Virus record (IMG/VR): IMGVR_UViG_3300044808_000084 | Length of the DNA: 64,000 nt | Strand: one strand, 5' to 3' | Source: an uncultured virus (IMG/VR IMGVR_UViG_3300044808_000084) | Lineage: Duplodnaviria > Heunggongvirae > Uroviricota > Caudoviricetes | Shown: positions 19,593-29,082 of the stretch, one piece after another | How positions within the stretch are numbered: position 1 is the first letter of the stretch | Layout: each line of letters begins with the position of its first letter | The notes under the pieces: generated by a model | What the model was told of the DNA's origin: nothing | Databases searched by the model: none | Seen by the model: only the letters and a program-made list of their open reading frames with translations | Position numbers and translations under genes: made by a program

Positions 19593-21569
19593 TTATCTCC
19601 AGCTCGTGGCGAAATTCTTCTGCCCCCGCCGGCGAGGCGCGCGCCGCCGGGCTTGCGGTTCGCTCTGCTCTTCGGGCGCTTGCGTTTCAGGTACAGACGT
19701 CTGCACTTCCTCGACCGCCTCCGGCGCGGCGTCCGGGGTGGCTGGCTCCATCGCGGCCACTGCCGCGGCGCGCGTGCGCCGAGCAATCTTCCGGAAGTTC
19801 GGGTTGATGATGGCGCGCGCGGCCATCGCGTACACGCGCAGGTCGAGCGCCTCGTTGCGCGCCGACGCCTTAATCTTCTCCCACCGGCGGTAGGCTTTCC
19901 CGCGCTCGTAGCGCGTCACAGACTGCTCGCTCCGGAGTTGTTTGAAGTAGTTTTCTTCGCGCGACGCCGGGAAGTGGCAGTAGCCGGGACCTGGCTCCGT
20001 GATGAGCAGGTGCGCGGCGATAGTGTCTTTCGCCGTCTCCGTGCCGACGGTGTAGAGGCGCACGGGCGGCTTGCCCTGCATCGTGAACTTTGAGATGAGC
20101 GGTTTGCCGGGCGTGTTCGCGCCCTTGATGGCGTAGACCTTTCGCCCCTTGTTTTCGCGGCAGAAGCGATAGACCTGCTGCGTGTGGTGGCCGCCGGAGT
20201 CGATGCAGGTCGCGCGCACCCGCGTCGTCACGACGTTGACCGCGTCTTCGTCCGACTCGCCGCCGACTGGCACCTCGAACTCGTAGTCGCGCGAGAGCAG
20301 TTCCTTCAAATCTTCCCAGACCTGCGACTGCGCCGGGTCGCCTTCGATGACGTGGTAGCCGATTGACCAGGATTCTTCGTCGAGACCCCAACCGACGATC
20401 TCAACTTCGAGGCGGTTGCCCTGCGTGTCCACGCCGGCGGTGAGCACGAGCACGCCGCGCGGTACTGCCACGGCAAACTCCTCGCACCGGTCAATCAGAT
20501 CGTCCGTGCTCGCCTGTTCCGTGACTTCTTCCCAGCCCTCGCCGAGAGAAGTATTCACGAAAACTTTCAACGTCGCGCGGCTCTTCTTCGCTTCGAGGAA
20601 GTTCAGCGCCATCTCTCCCCAGGACACGAACGGCGAATAGATTTCATTGATAAAGAAGCCTGCCCTGGAGTTGAGCGGCTTTTCCGCCCGCCACTCTCCG
20701 CGGGCGAGCATCTCCTGCTTGTGCTCGTGCTCGATGACACAGCCGCTCTCGCAGACGTAGTAGGCTTCGCCTTCCTTGCCCTCATCCCACGTCACTCGCG
20801 ACCAGACGAGCGCCTGATACTCGCCGCAGTGCGGGCAGGGAACGAAGTACCGGCGCTTGTCGGAGTTCTCATACTCAAGCTCGATAGGCGTGAAGCGGCG
20901 CGAGTCCGGAGGCGCGCCCGGCTCCAGTTCCAACCGGTCGCGCGGCGTCGAGACCTTGACGATGATGGCGTCGGGAAATGTCGTCGCGCGCTTCTCGGCC
21001 AGCTTCGCCGGGTCGCCCTCGCTCGTCGTCTTGAAAGCGTCCCGCTCGTCGAGAAGAACGACGCGTCTCGGTCTTGATGAGAGCGTCGAGGGGCTGGTCG
21101 CGTGCGCGATAGCGAGGTGGCCGCCGGGGAACGACTTGCCGCCGATAGTATTGCCGGAGTCGCGCGTGCGCGCGTCCGAGACCAGGTTCGCGAGCACCGG
21201 AGTGTCGCGGATCATGGGCGCGAGCGATTCCTTCGACCAGGCTTCCGCTTTGTCCTGCGTCTCGGCCACAAAGATGATCGGCGACGGGTCGGCGTGGATG
21301 AAGAAGCCGAGGATGTTGTTGCAGCATTCGGTCTTTCCGACCTGCGCCGAGGCGACGAGGATGATCTCCCGGATGCCGGGCTTGCCGATGGTATCCATGA
21401 TCTCGACGAGATAGGGCGCCAGTTCGTTGCGCCATCGGCCCGGGCGCGCGCTCCTCTCCGCCGAGAGAAACCTGTAGGTCGCCGCCCACTGTGAGACGGT
21501 CAAAGATGATTCCGGTATCGCTGAGGCAATGGCCTCAGAGAAAACGCTTGTGATCGTCTCTGAGGTCAT
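19593..21569 (-). CDS. Terminase large subunit (GpA family)
   Basis: SAQVGKT Walker A, VVLLDE Walker B, CPHC, GVDTQ, DSGG, NEALD. Confidence 0.95.
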   Translation of the reverse strand: MTSETITSVFSEAIASAIPESSLTVSQWAATYRFLSAERSARPGRWRNELAPYLVEIMDTIGKPGIREIILVASAQVGKTECCNNILGFFIHADPSPIIFVAETQDKAEAWSKESLAPMIRDTPVLANLVSDARTRDSGNTIGGKSFPGGHLAIAHATSPSTLSSRPRRVVLLDERDAFKTTSEGDPAKLAEKRATTFPDAIIVKVSTPRDRLELEPGAPPDSRRFTPIELEYENSDKRRYFVPCPHCGEYQALVWSRVTWDEGKEGEAYYVCESGCVIEHEHKQEMLARGEWRAEKPLNSRAGFFINEIYSPFVSWGEMALNFLEAKKSRATLKVFVNTSLGEGWEEVTEQASTDDLIDRCEEFAVAVPRGVLVLTAGVDTQGNRLEVEIVGWGLDEESWSIGYHVIEGDPAQSQVWEDLKELLSRDYEFEVPVGGESDEDAVNVVTTRVRATCIDSGGHHTQQVYRFCRENKGRKVYAIKGANTPGKPLISKFTMQGKPPVRLYTVGTETAKDTIAAHLLITEPGPGYCHFPASREENYFKQLRSEQSVTRYERGKAYRRWEKIKASARNEALDLRVYAMAARAIINPNFRKIARRTRAAAVAAMEPATPDAAPEAVEEVQTSVPETQAPEEQSEPQARRRAPRRRGQKNFATSWR

Positions 21570-21993
21570 TGAAGATGCGCCCTAGCTCGCGCTGTAAGAT
21601 TTCCGTGATCTGTGCTGCGGACTCGGCCTTGTATAGCTGCAGCGCGATCTCGCGAGGGAACCGGACGCCGATGCGGTTCTGCACGCCTTTGAACAGCCGA
21701 AGGGTGTAATCGGCGACTTCCGCCGTCGAGACGACTTCCCCGCGCTCGCGCTCCAGTTCGAGTTCGCGCAGGGTGGCGTCGGCCTGCATCTTCCGGAGCT
21801 TGGCCGCGTCGTACTCGGCGGACTCTCCCGCGATGAGAGCCGGCAGTGCCTCGCTAAGCACATACAACTTGGCGTTCTTTGCGCCTTCCTCGAAAGGCAC
21901 TTCGGTGAGCCGCTTCGTGACGGTTGCCCGATCAAGGCCGGAGAGAGCAGCGAGATGCGAGATGGAATAAAGTTGATCGAGGGGCGTGCTCAC
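21535..21993 (-). CDS. Terminase small subunit (Nu1-like)
   Basis: N-terminal HTH and coiled coil ELELERERGEVV; overlaps the large subunit gene. Confidence 0.85.
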   Translation of the reverse strand: MSTPLDQLYSISHLAALSGLDRATVTKRLTEVPFEEGAKNAKLYVLSEALPALIAGESAEYDAAKLRKMQADATLRELELERERGEVVSTAEVADYTLRLFKGVQNRIGVRFPREIALQLYKAESAAQITEILQRELGRIFNDLRDDHKRFL

Positions 21994-22562
21994 TTGGCTG
22001 ACCTCAGTGCTTTCTTCAGGTTCGCGTAAAACAGCTTGTCGAATTTCTTCTCGAAGATTTCGACCGTAGGGCCGATGACGGTCGCCTGCTTGCGGATGCG
22101 GGCGCGCTTCGCCAGCGTGTAGAGGAAGACGAGCCGGCTGTTCCTGCCCTTCCCTTTTCGCTGGAAGAGGCCGAGACCACCGCCGCCGAGCGGCAGCACG
22201 ACATCGCGCTTGCCGCGCAGCGCCCGCGGTCGCTGGCTTTTCTGGATAATGTCGCGCTTCGTCCGGCGCACGTTCTTACTCGGAACGGCCAGGGCGCGGC
22301 CCTCCGGGACCTTGTCTTCACCCTCCTCGTGCGGGATGAGCCAGTCGGCCCGCGTCACCAGCGCGGCGCTCAGGTCGGTCTTCGTCGCCGGCAGGGCCTT
22401 GATGCCCATGGCATTCGACGGCTTGTCCCAGTTGCTGCGCACCGTGAAGGTGCTCTCGATGTTCGAGATCGCCTCGCGCTGCGCCTCTTTGACGATGCCC
22501 GTGAGCGTCTGCGCGAGCGCGAATGTGACCTGTTTGACGAGATTTGCCGGTTGATTTGCCAC
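21990..22562 (-). CDS. Phage virion morphogenesis/minor tail protein (gpZ-like)
   Basis: KQVTFALAQTLT N-terminus; basic; upstream of terS. Confidence 0.55.
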   Translation of the reverse strand: MANQPANLVKQVTFALAQTLTGIVKEAQREAISNIESTFTVRSNWDKPSNAMGIKALPATKTDLSAALVTRADWLIPHEEGEDKVPEGRALAVPSKNVRRTKRDIIQKSQRPRALRGKRDVVLPLGGGGLGLFQRKGKGRNSRLVFLYTLAKRARIRKQATVIGPTVEIFEKKFDKLFYANLKKALRSAK

Positions 22563-22588
22563 GCCGAAAGAGACTCCCTCCCGGCCCC

Positions 22589-22624
22589 AAGCATAGTCAG
22601 GATTCGGCTTTTTTGATTTTGGCG
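22589..22624 (-). promoter_or_regulatory. Putative late promoter, copy 2 (upstream of packaging operon)
   Basis: Minus strand CGCCAAAATCAAAAAA...TATGCT. Confidence 0.7.
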
Positions 22625-22652
22625 CGAGAGGAGAGTGAAAGAACGGAGGCGC

Positions 22653-23291
22653 TCAGTCGTCGAGCGCGCTGGTTAATCTGGCCGTGCTGCTGCTGCCGGG
22701 GCCGGGGGCGACGTAGTTATCCCCTGTCGGCGCGCCGAAGCGGATGTAGATGTAGAGGGTTGGTCCCTGCCTGTTGCCGGTGCGTCCGTCCGCTACTTTC
22801 TCGATGATCTTTTCCTCGATCATCCGGTCGAGATGCTGGACGACGGCGGCGCGCGTGAGCCGGGTTTCGGTGACAAATTCGGGGATGGTCTGCGCCCCGT
22901 GATCGAGGCTGTGTAGAATGGCGGCGCGGTCGCGGACGGGCGTCGAACTGAGGCGCGTCCGCAGAATTTCAATGGGCTTTTTGATGATGCGTAGAAGTTC
23001 CTGGTCTTCATCGTCCGGGTGCAACATCAGCATCGATTCCAGGTTCATCAACTCCTGATAGATGTGCTTGCGCAGCCGGACAGCCGGATCGGGTTCCACG
23101 TCCCACGACGGACCCGGGGATTTCGAGAGCGCGTTGTTGAGTTTCGCCATCGCCGACTGGTGCGCTGGCTCTGCCGGCGCGGTCGGTTCGATTAGGGCGA
23201 GAGGAGCGCGCACCTTGCCGGACGTCGCGCTCCCGGGTTTGGTGGTCTTTGGGGTGGGAGTGTTGGGGGGGGTGCGTAAATCTCTTTTCAT
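22653..23291 (-). CDS. Winged-HTH DNA-binding protein
   Basis: TIPEFVTETRLTRAAVVQHLDRMIEEKII wHTH pattern. Confidence 0.6.
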   Translation of the reverse strand: MKRDLRTPPNTPTPKTTKPGSATSGKVRAPLALIEPTAPAEPAHQSAMAKLNNALSKSPGPSWDVEPDPAVRLRKHIYQELMNLESMLMLHPDDEDQELLRIIKKPIEILRTRLSSTPVRDRAAILHSLDHGAQTIPEFVTETRLTRAAVVQHLDRMIEEKIIEKVADGRTGNRQGPTLYIYIRFGAPTGDNYVAPGPGSSSTARLTSALDD

Positions 23292-23550
23292 TTAGTGCCC
23301 GGGGTTCGAGAGATAGGCAATGCCGAAAATCACGACGACGACGGCGACCCACGTCGCGGCGGTGAGAAATGAGAAGGCGACGAGAGATAACCCGTTGCGG
23401 GTCTGGTCGTTTGTTTCAGGGGGAGAAGTTTTCATATCATCGCTCCTAAATCGCGGAGATAGATGTTGCCCTCCGCCGTCTTGTACATGCCCATCAAGTG
23501 CGGCCGCCCATCATCGCCTCTGAGCGTGCAGGTGTAGATAAGGGTGTCGG

Positions 23551-23895
23551 TCACCGGCGCTCCCTCAGTTGGAGCCGCAGCAGTTCGTCCACCGTGCGAT
23601 CAATCTTCTCAACCGTCTTCCACTTCTCGTCGAGCACTTCTTTGGTGACCACCTCTTTGCGCAGGTCTTTGAGAACTTCGTCGCCTTCGCGTTTGTTGGC
23701 GTCCACCCGCGCGTCCGTCTGCACCTGCTTGGCCTTCACATCATCGAGGTCTTTGGCCGTCTGCCCTTGCGCGTACCAGACCGAACTCGCGCCGACGATG
23801 AACGGCACGACGACGGAAAAGAGCAGCGCGATAAAGAACGGGTGCGCTAGAAACCAGCCACGTGATTGCGGTTGCGAAGTGATTTTTGGGGACAT
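23551..23895 (-). CDS. Membrane protein with coiled coil (lysis module)
   Basis: N-terminal TM helix followed by a coiled coil. Confidence 0.55.
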   Translation of the reverse strand: MSPKITSQPQSRGWFLAHPFFIALLFSVVVPFIVGASSVWYAQGQTAKDLDDVKAKQVQTDARVDANKREGDEVLKDLRKEVVTKEVLDEKWKTVEKIDRTVDELLRLQLRERR

Positions 23896-23915
23896 GACGG
23901 CAAATAGCTTGTCCG

Positions 23916-24626
23916 TTACTGCTTAATCGTTATGGCAGGACGGCTAATCTTCTCGATGTCGAACGAGGGCGCGGTGAACGGGCCAATGTTCGTTATCTGG
24001 CCGGTCAGCGCAAGGCTGCCGCCGCTCCCTGCCCCGCCGAAATTACCTTCGCGAATCAGGCGCTCCAGATTGCCAATCGCCTCGCGCAATCGCTGGTCGT
24101 TTGACTCAATTTTCTTGCGCGCCGTTTCGAGGGTTTTCTTCGTTTCCGCGTCCACCGTGATCGTCATGCCATCGGGCAGTTTGACGGCCAGATCGTCCAC
24201 GGCCACGTCGAGCGCGGCCTGTCCGGCGATGGTGCCCAACTCGAAGATGAGTTTTACGCGCTCGTTCTTCAGGTGGATGGTGCCGTTCTGGATGAGTCGG
24301 TTGGCGCGCTCGGAGATGTCGCTGTATTGGGCGTGAAGACTTTGCCGTCCCGTCTCGTCAATCGCATCTTGTTTGAGCGTGAAGTCCACGACCTCGCCCA
24401 TAATGGTGTTGATGGCGAGCGCATCTTTCGCCAGTTCGAGTGCCTTCAGAGCGTCAATCGCACCGGCCACGCGAAACGCGCGCACGGTGCCGATGCCTGC
24501 GCCGATGCCGGAGGCCGCGCCATTTATGCCGCGCGCGAATTTGCGCACGTCGTCCGGGCCGCAGGCGAACATGCTGAGGGTTAAGAGGGTGACGGCGAGG
24601 AGTGGTAACAGGCGTTTTAGTCGCAT
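23916..24626 (-). CDS. Lipoprotein (possible spanin/lysis accessory)
   Basis: Signal peptide with lipobox-like MFAC. Confidence 0.65.
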   Translation of the reverse strand: MRLKRLLPLLAVTLLTLSMFACGPDDVRKFARGINGAASGIGAGIGTVRAFRVAGAIDALKALELAKDALAINTIMGEVVDFTLKQDAIDETGRQSLHAQYSDISERANRLIQNGTIHLKNERVKLIFELGTIAGQAALDVAVDDLAVKLPDGMTITVDAETKKTLETARKKIESNDQRLREAIGNLERLIREGNFGGAGSGGSLALTGQITNIGPFTAPSFDIEKISRPAITIKQ

Positions 24627-24661
24627 AAAAATTGTCTCCGGGTGTGTGGTCGGCGAGCGGG

Positions 24662-24865
24662 CTACTTCTTCGCGCCCACGTCCTCCGACGATTTGTTGTT
24701 GTCGCGTGCGGAGATGAGGCCGATGCCGGTGGCGATAGAGCCACTGGCGACCATTAACTCTTCCGTCGTGGGCACGCGTTTGTGGGCGAGCGTCGAGATG
24801 ACGAGGGACGCAACTGCGCCGACGATGAGCACGACACCGACGAGTGATGTTTTCCAGCTATTCAT
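24662..24865 (-). CDS. Holin
   Basis: MNSWKTSLVG..two TM helices..GLISARDNNKSSEDVGAK. Confidence 0.7.
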   Translation of the reverse strand: MNSWKTSLVGVVLIVGAVASLVISTLAHKRVPTTEELMVASGSIATGIGLISARDNNKSSEDVGAKK

Positions 24866-24914
24866 AAACCATCCTTTAACTGGCAGTCCCACGATAGATC
24901 TGCGATTACTCAGC

Positions 24915-24953
24915 AAGCATAGCCAGAACTCGATTTTTTTGATTTTGGCGACT
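24915..24953 (-). promoter_or_regulatory. Putative late promoter, copy 3 (upstream of holin)
   Basis: Minus strand GTCGCCAAAATCAAAAAAATCGAGTTCTGGCTATGCT. Confidence 0.7.
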
Positions 24954-25139
24954 CCCACCGCCAAGTCCATGCGCCCACCCGGAACCTCCGGTTCGCCTTG
25001 CGGCTCACCTGCGGTGCACCACAAGGTAGACACCTGGCAGCCGCCCCGCCTCGAAGCGCCCTTCTGCAGCACGAGCCCCTCAAACCGGCATAAACACAGC
25101 GCCAAAACGCCTGCTGCTGATGAAATGAAATAAATTTCA

Positions 25140-25202
25140 GCCACTAGCGACCCCCTGAGCGTTGTGCGTTACCCTCAGGGTAGAGAGGTCGGGGAAGGAC
25201 CC
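25140..25202 (-). other. Putative cos site (cosQ/cosN-like)
   Basis: Minus strand GGGTCCT (as lambda cosQ), then GGTAACG and the dyad CCCTGAG..CTCAGGG; GpA-type terminase present. Confidence 0.5.
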
Positions 25203-25354
25203 GCGCGCCGAGAGCGCGCTTGAGGCTGCGAGGAAGCGCGCGAGGCCGCGACAGGTGCCAGGAAGTGGCAGAGTGTGACAGGAAGTGTCAGGGTGCCGGC
25301 GCGTCCCCTGACCCCTGATAGGTGACAAGCTCGTCACTTGTCACTTGTCACTCA

Positions 25355-25585
25355 TCACACCCGCTCCGGCCAATGCCAGTGTCCACCGGTAGTGCCGAAG
25401 GGCACATGCTGGTTGAAGAAGAAGCCGGTCGGGTTGAGCACAGCCAAGCCGACGGCGCTGTGATCGTCATCCGGGTTGTCCACCTCGGTGATGATGGCCG
25501 CGCGGTCTGTCGAAGGGTGCTCTCCTCCGGGCGTGCCATAGGCGACGTAATGCACGATTCGTCCAACTGAAGGTTTGTTCATCAT
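25355..25585 (-). CDS. Conserved phage hypothetical protein
   Basis: KPSVGRIVHY...WHWPERV. Confidence 0.65.
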   Translation of the reverse strand: MMNKPSVGRIVHYVAYGTPGGEHPSTDRAAIITEVDNPDDDHSAVGLAVLNPTGFFFNQHVPFGTTGGHWHWPERV

Positions 25586-25936
25586 TCATCCTTTCAAGTA
25601 GTCGAGCATCTCTTGCTTCACGACCTCCCAGTCCCAGCACACGTTGACGTAATAGCCTTGCTGCTTCAGTAACGCATGCCACTGGAGTTGTTCGGCCGAG
25701 GGCTTGCCCTTGCCGTATTTAAGCTCCCAGTACGCCCCGTGGTAACCCTTCCGAGCCACGGGCAGGCAGACGTCCGGAACGCCGGCCTTGACGCCTTCAG
25801 CGCGCAGACGCCCGGCCTCTGCCTTGGTACGCTTGCCGCCGTTTGGCACGGCGTAGAGCAACCCGAGTTCGGGGAGCTGCGCCTTGGCCAGATTCGCCCA
25901 GTCGAAGAGGGCGCGTTGGTGGTCGTGTTCGCTCAT
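25586..25936 (-). CDS. VRR-NUC domain nuclease
   Basis: AVPNGG..GVKAGVPD..ELK..SAEQ. Confidence 0.88.
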   Translation of the reverse strand: MSEHDHQRALFDWANLAKAQLPELGLLYAVPNGGKRTKAEAGRLRAEGVKAGVPDVCLPVARKGYHGAYWELKYGKGKPSAEQLQWHALLKQQGYYVNVCWDWEVVKQEMLDYLKG

Positions 25937-25997
25937 AAATGAGGAGGCCGCGCACGCACGCCGGGAGAAGGCATGCGCACGCGGCAAGGTGCAGGTC

Positions 25998-26324
25998 TTA
26001 GATGTTGGCCAGCTTCGGCAACAGCAAGTCGAACGTCATCGCGTCGAAGGCGATGTACTGTTGCTGTGAGGTAGTGCCGTCGGCGTCAGGCACGTCGACC
26101 TCGAGACGCCCGTCGGGCAGCAGCTTGTTGACGAGCACCTTCTTTGTGCCCTGTTCGATTCTGACGTCGCCCTTTTCGCTGAGGCGGCGGTTTAGCCATT
26201 GAGTGAAGACCTCGCCGGACTTGGCGTAGGGAATCTCTTGTTTGACGGCTGTGGAGGTGTCTTTGGCGGTGGCAGTGCTCGCGCCGGCGGTGGTGGTCTG
26301 TTTGTTGTCTTCCATGATTCTCAT
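25998..26324 (-). CDS. Hypothetical protein
   Basis: Co-oriented ORF with plausible composition. Confidence 0.55.
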   Translation of the reverse strand: MRIMEDNKQTTTAGASTATAKDTSTAVKQEIPYAKSGEVFTQWLNRRLSEKGDVRIEQGTKKVLVNKLLPDGRLEVDVPDADGTTSQQQYIAFDAMTFDLLLPKLANI

Positions 26325-26446
26325 GCTCCCATGTCAAAGTGATTGACGTACATAAGCCATCGGACTTATGCTGTGAGTGAATAGGTCGGAGCATGAGTTC
26401 TGCAGAAACTCTCTGAAAGCTCGAACGTAGCAAGCGTTCGGGCTTT

Positions 26447-26800
26447 CTACTTTTTAGCCTTCCCCTTTCTCGCCGCGCGCGTCGCGGCGTCGTCTATCTC
26501 CCACTGTTGCTCCATCAGGTCGCGCCGCGCCGAGGCGCTCTGTGCGACGTTACGGGTCTTGTGCGCATGATCTTTGTGCTTATCATGCTCCATCGCCCGT
26601 GCCGCCATCTCCAGGCTCTCCTGCGCGGACTGGAGCGCGACGAGGATAGTTTTGCGCGGTCCCGTCTTCCTGTATTTCGGTTGCTTTATCTCAACCATCC
26701 CAAGTTCCCTCCCTTCCTCTTGACATACCGGACAGTTTGAATAGAATTCGGAGCAACCGGACTCGGCATCCCCTTCGGATGCCCACCACGAAGGCGCCAT
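26447..26800 (-). CDS. Hypothetical protein (start uncertain)
   Basis: Co-oriented helical ORF followed by a hairpin at 26418-26446. Confidence 0.45.
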   Translation of the reverse strand: MAPSWWASEGDAESGCSEFYSNCPVCQEEGRELGMVEIKQPKYRKTGPRKTILVALQSAQESLEMAARAMEHDKHKDHAHKTRNVAQSASARRDLMEQQWEIDDAATRAARKGKAKK

Positions 26801-26875
26801 GGTAAGGACACGGCGCCTTCGCTATTTACTTCAGCCCTTCAGGGAATAAGAGTTTGCCGACAGCGTCATGTATCC

Positions 26876-27151
26876 TCACGCCGCCCGACGCTTCGCATTC
26901 TTCTCGAACTCGCCGAGGCGACATCCGCTGCACTGCCTGAATCTCCTGACCGGATTGACGCCGCACTTAACGCAGAGGCCCCGCAGAGCGAGCTTGTGGT
27001 ATCTGGCGTTCACCCAGTCGGCGGTGTACCTCTTGCAGGCCCCGCAGCGCACGACGCCCTTTTTCGCGCGTCGCTTGCCGCAGCGCACGCAGATGCCTTT
27101 TGCTTTGCGCTCGCGGTAAACCGCTAATTGTCTTGGCCTCGCTTTAGGCAT
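26876..27151 (-). CDS. Basic Cys-rich zinc-finger protein
   Basis: Four CxxC pairs. Confidence 0.6.
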   Translation of the reverse strand: MPKARPRQLAVYRERKAKGICVRCGKRRAKKGVVRCGACKRYTADWVNARYHKLALRGLCVKCGVNPVRRFRQCSGCRLGEFEKNAKRRAA

Positions 27152-27341
27152 GGGGCATCACTACAACGATCAGCACCACCAAGACGAGCTCGACGAGGAG
27201 GAAGAGAGCGAACGCCCGCCACGCTCTCAAGCGGCGATTGAGGTTCGCGATCTCGCGCTCACGGTCGCTCTCGTCTTCCCGAATGATCTCCGGCCACGGC
27301 AGGCGATTAACCTCGGCGCGGATGTGGTTTCGATGTCTCAT
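27144..27341 (-). CDS. Small membrane protein
   Basis: C-terminal TM; overlaps both neighbours. Confidence 0.5.
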   Translation of the reverse strand: MRHRNHIRAEVNRLPWPEIIREDESDREREIANLNRRLRAWRAFALFLLVELVLVVLIVVVMPHA

Positions 27342-27577
27342 CTCGTTATCGTCGCAGGCGGTTGGAGAGCTAGCCCGCAGGCTTCTGCGAGACCGCCTTC
27401 GCTTTCATTCGTGACGCACGTGTACATCTTGGCGTTAGTCGGATCGCGTGCGATGACCGTGATTTTCGATAATGGCAAGCCGTAACTACGGCAAAGCTCT
27501 TCAATGCCGAGGCATCGAATCGCGATCTCATCCTTGAGTTCTTGCATCAGTCGCTGTTTGTCTTCAGTCATGCTCAA
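27338..27577 (-). CDS. Hypothetical protein
   Basis: RBS GGAGG; coupled to the next gene. Confidence 0.55.
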   Translation of the reverse strand: MSMTEDKQRLMQELKDEIAIRCLGIEELCRSYGLPLSKITVIARDPTNAKMYTCVTNESEGGLAEACGLALQPPATITR

Positions 27578-27668
27578 CCTCCCGCCTCCATGGCCAGCAA
27601 GATCATCCAGGCCACGAACGCGACGAACGCAAGATAGGCGATCACGGCTAGAGCTTTAGTCTGCTTCG

Positions 27669-27881
27669 TCACTTCTTCCCCTGCCTTTCCGTCGCGGCGA
27701 CGAGCTGCTCCTGCTCGATCTTGACGACTGCCCGAATCTCCGTGTCCGGTCGCGAGTAATGGGAGTGGCCGAGTTCCACCACCAACCCTTCGCGGATAGC
27801 CTCGCGTACAGCGAGTTGCATCAAATGGGCAACCTCAATGACCTTCCGGCCAGCCCGTTTCTGTTTGTCAGTGATCTCCAT
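27669..27881 (-). CDS. Hypothetical protein
   Basis: RBS GGAGG before MEITDKQ. Confidence 0.5.
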   Translation of the reverse strand: MEITDKQKRAGRKVIEVAHLMQLAVREAIREGLVVELGHSHYSRPDTEIRAVVKIEQEQLVAATERQGKK

Positions 27882-27920
27882 TTGCGACACCCTCCAGCGT
27901 CCAATTCCGTCCAACTCGAT

Positions 27921-29033
27921 TCATGATTTACGTCGCCGCCGGCGGCGACCCTTGCGCGCGCGACGCGGGAGGCGTTTCGGGCGCGGGCGCGGCCATGGGA
28001 GCGAGAGCATTTCGATGATCTGACGCTTGGCGCGCTCGCCGCCGCGGCGGTAACGCGCCGTCGTCACAACGCTCGCGTGGCCGCAGAGATCTCTCACAGC
28101 ATCAATGTCCGCCCCGCGGTCGAGCATCTGAGAGACGAGCGTTCGGCGCAGGTCGTGCGGGCTGAGATGGGCGAGGCCAGCCTCCCCGGCCCGGCGGGCG
28201 AGCGCGCGGTAGATGCTCGTCCCGGAGAGATGGCGGATGGCCGTGATCACTCCGCTTTTGGAGACCGGGCACAGGAGCGCGCCCGGGCGCACGCCGCGCT
28301 CGGCGAGCCAGCCGGCGACGGCGCGCTCGACTCCCGCATCGAGCGGAACGAGGCGTTCCTTCCGCCCCTTACCGCGGACGCGCAAACTGCCGGGAGAGAG
28401 AGAGACGTCCCCGATCGTGAGCGTGGCGCACTCGGCGCGGCGGAGGCCCGAGGCGAGGAGGGCGACGAGACAGGCGTCGCGGGCGCCGGCTGCCGGGTGC
28501 GGGTCTGCGGCGCAGGCGTCGAGGAGGACTGAGATCTCTGTCCGGGCGAGCGCCCGGCCTGCGGGGAGCGTCGTCGAGCGGACGCCTCGGACTTCGCGGA
28601 TCGCGTGGAGTTGTTCGACCGTCATCTGGCCGAGGTTCTGCGCCGCCCGGGCGACGGAGCGCAGGGCCGAGAGCGTCATGTTGATGGTGGAGGGGCTCAA
28701 GTTCTGCGCCTGGAGGAAGGTGCGCACGGCGACCACGTGCTCGAAGCGCAGTTCGTGCCAGCGGAGCGTCCAGAGCGTGGCCCCGAGAAGGCGGGCGACG
28801 CGGTCGAGTCGGGACTCCATCGAGCGCCGCCCCGAAGGCTGGAGGACGGCTAAATAACAGGCCGCCGGGTTGAAATCGGAGAGGTCGGGAGGGGAAATTG
28901 AAAGTGAGCCGGAAGTTGAAACCGAGGGGGAGCGGGAAATGCCCCCCGAAACGGGCACTAAAGCCAGACGAGGACGCACTTTAGAGCCGCCCGTCGCCGC
29001 CTCTGGATTGAGTATGTGATTGTGCTTTCTCAT
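27921..29033 (-). CDS. Tyrosine recombinase (XerC/D-like)
   Basis: SGLRRAE, RGKG, PHDLRR, LCGH and TTARY catalytic motifs. Confidence 0.9.
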   Translation of the reverse strand: MRKHNHILNPEAATGGSKVRPRLALVPVSGGISRSPSVSTSGSLSISPPDLSDFNPAACYLAVLQPSGRRSMESRLDRVARLLGATLWTLRWHELRFEHVVAVRTFLQAQNLSPSTINMTLSALRSVARAAQNLGQMTVEQLHAIREVRGVRSTTLPAGRALARTEISVLLDACAADPHPAAGARDACLVALLASGLRRAECATLTIGDVSLSPGSLRVRGKGRKERLVPLDAGVERAVAGWLAERGVRPGALLCPVSKSGVITAIRHLSGTSIYRALARRAGEAGLAHLSPHDLRRTLVSQMLDRGADIDAVRDLCGHASVVTTARYRRGGERAKRQIIEMLSLPWPRPRPKRLPRRARKGRRRRRRKS

Positions 29034-29082
29034 ACGTAATCCGCGTCTCGCCGGTGAAGAAAAAGAGCCGGCTTGTTGCCCT

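Noticed and set aside
24866..25144. N-terminal extension of the holin ORF
   Set aside because: It runs through the late promoter motif; the RBS and ATG at 24865 fit better.
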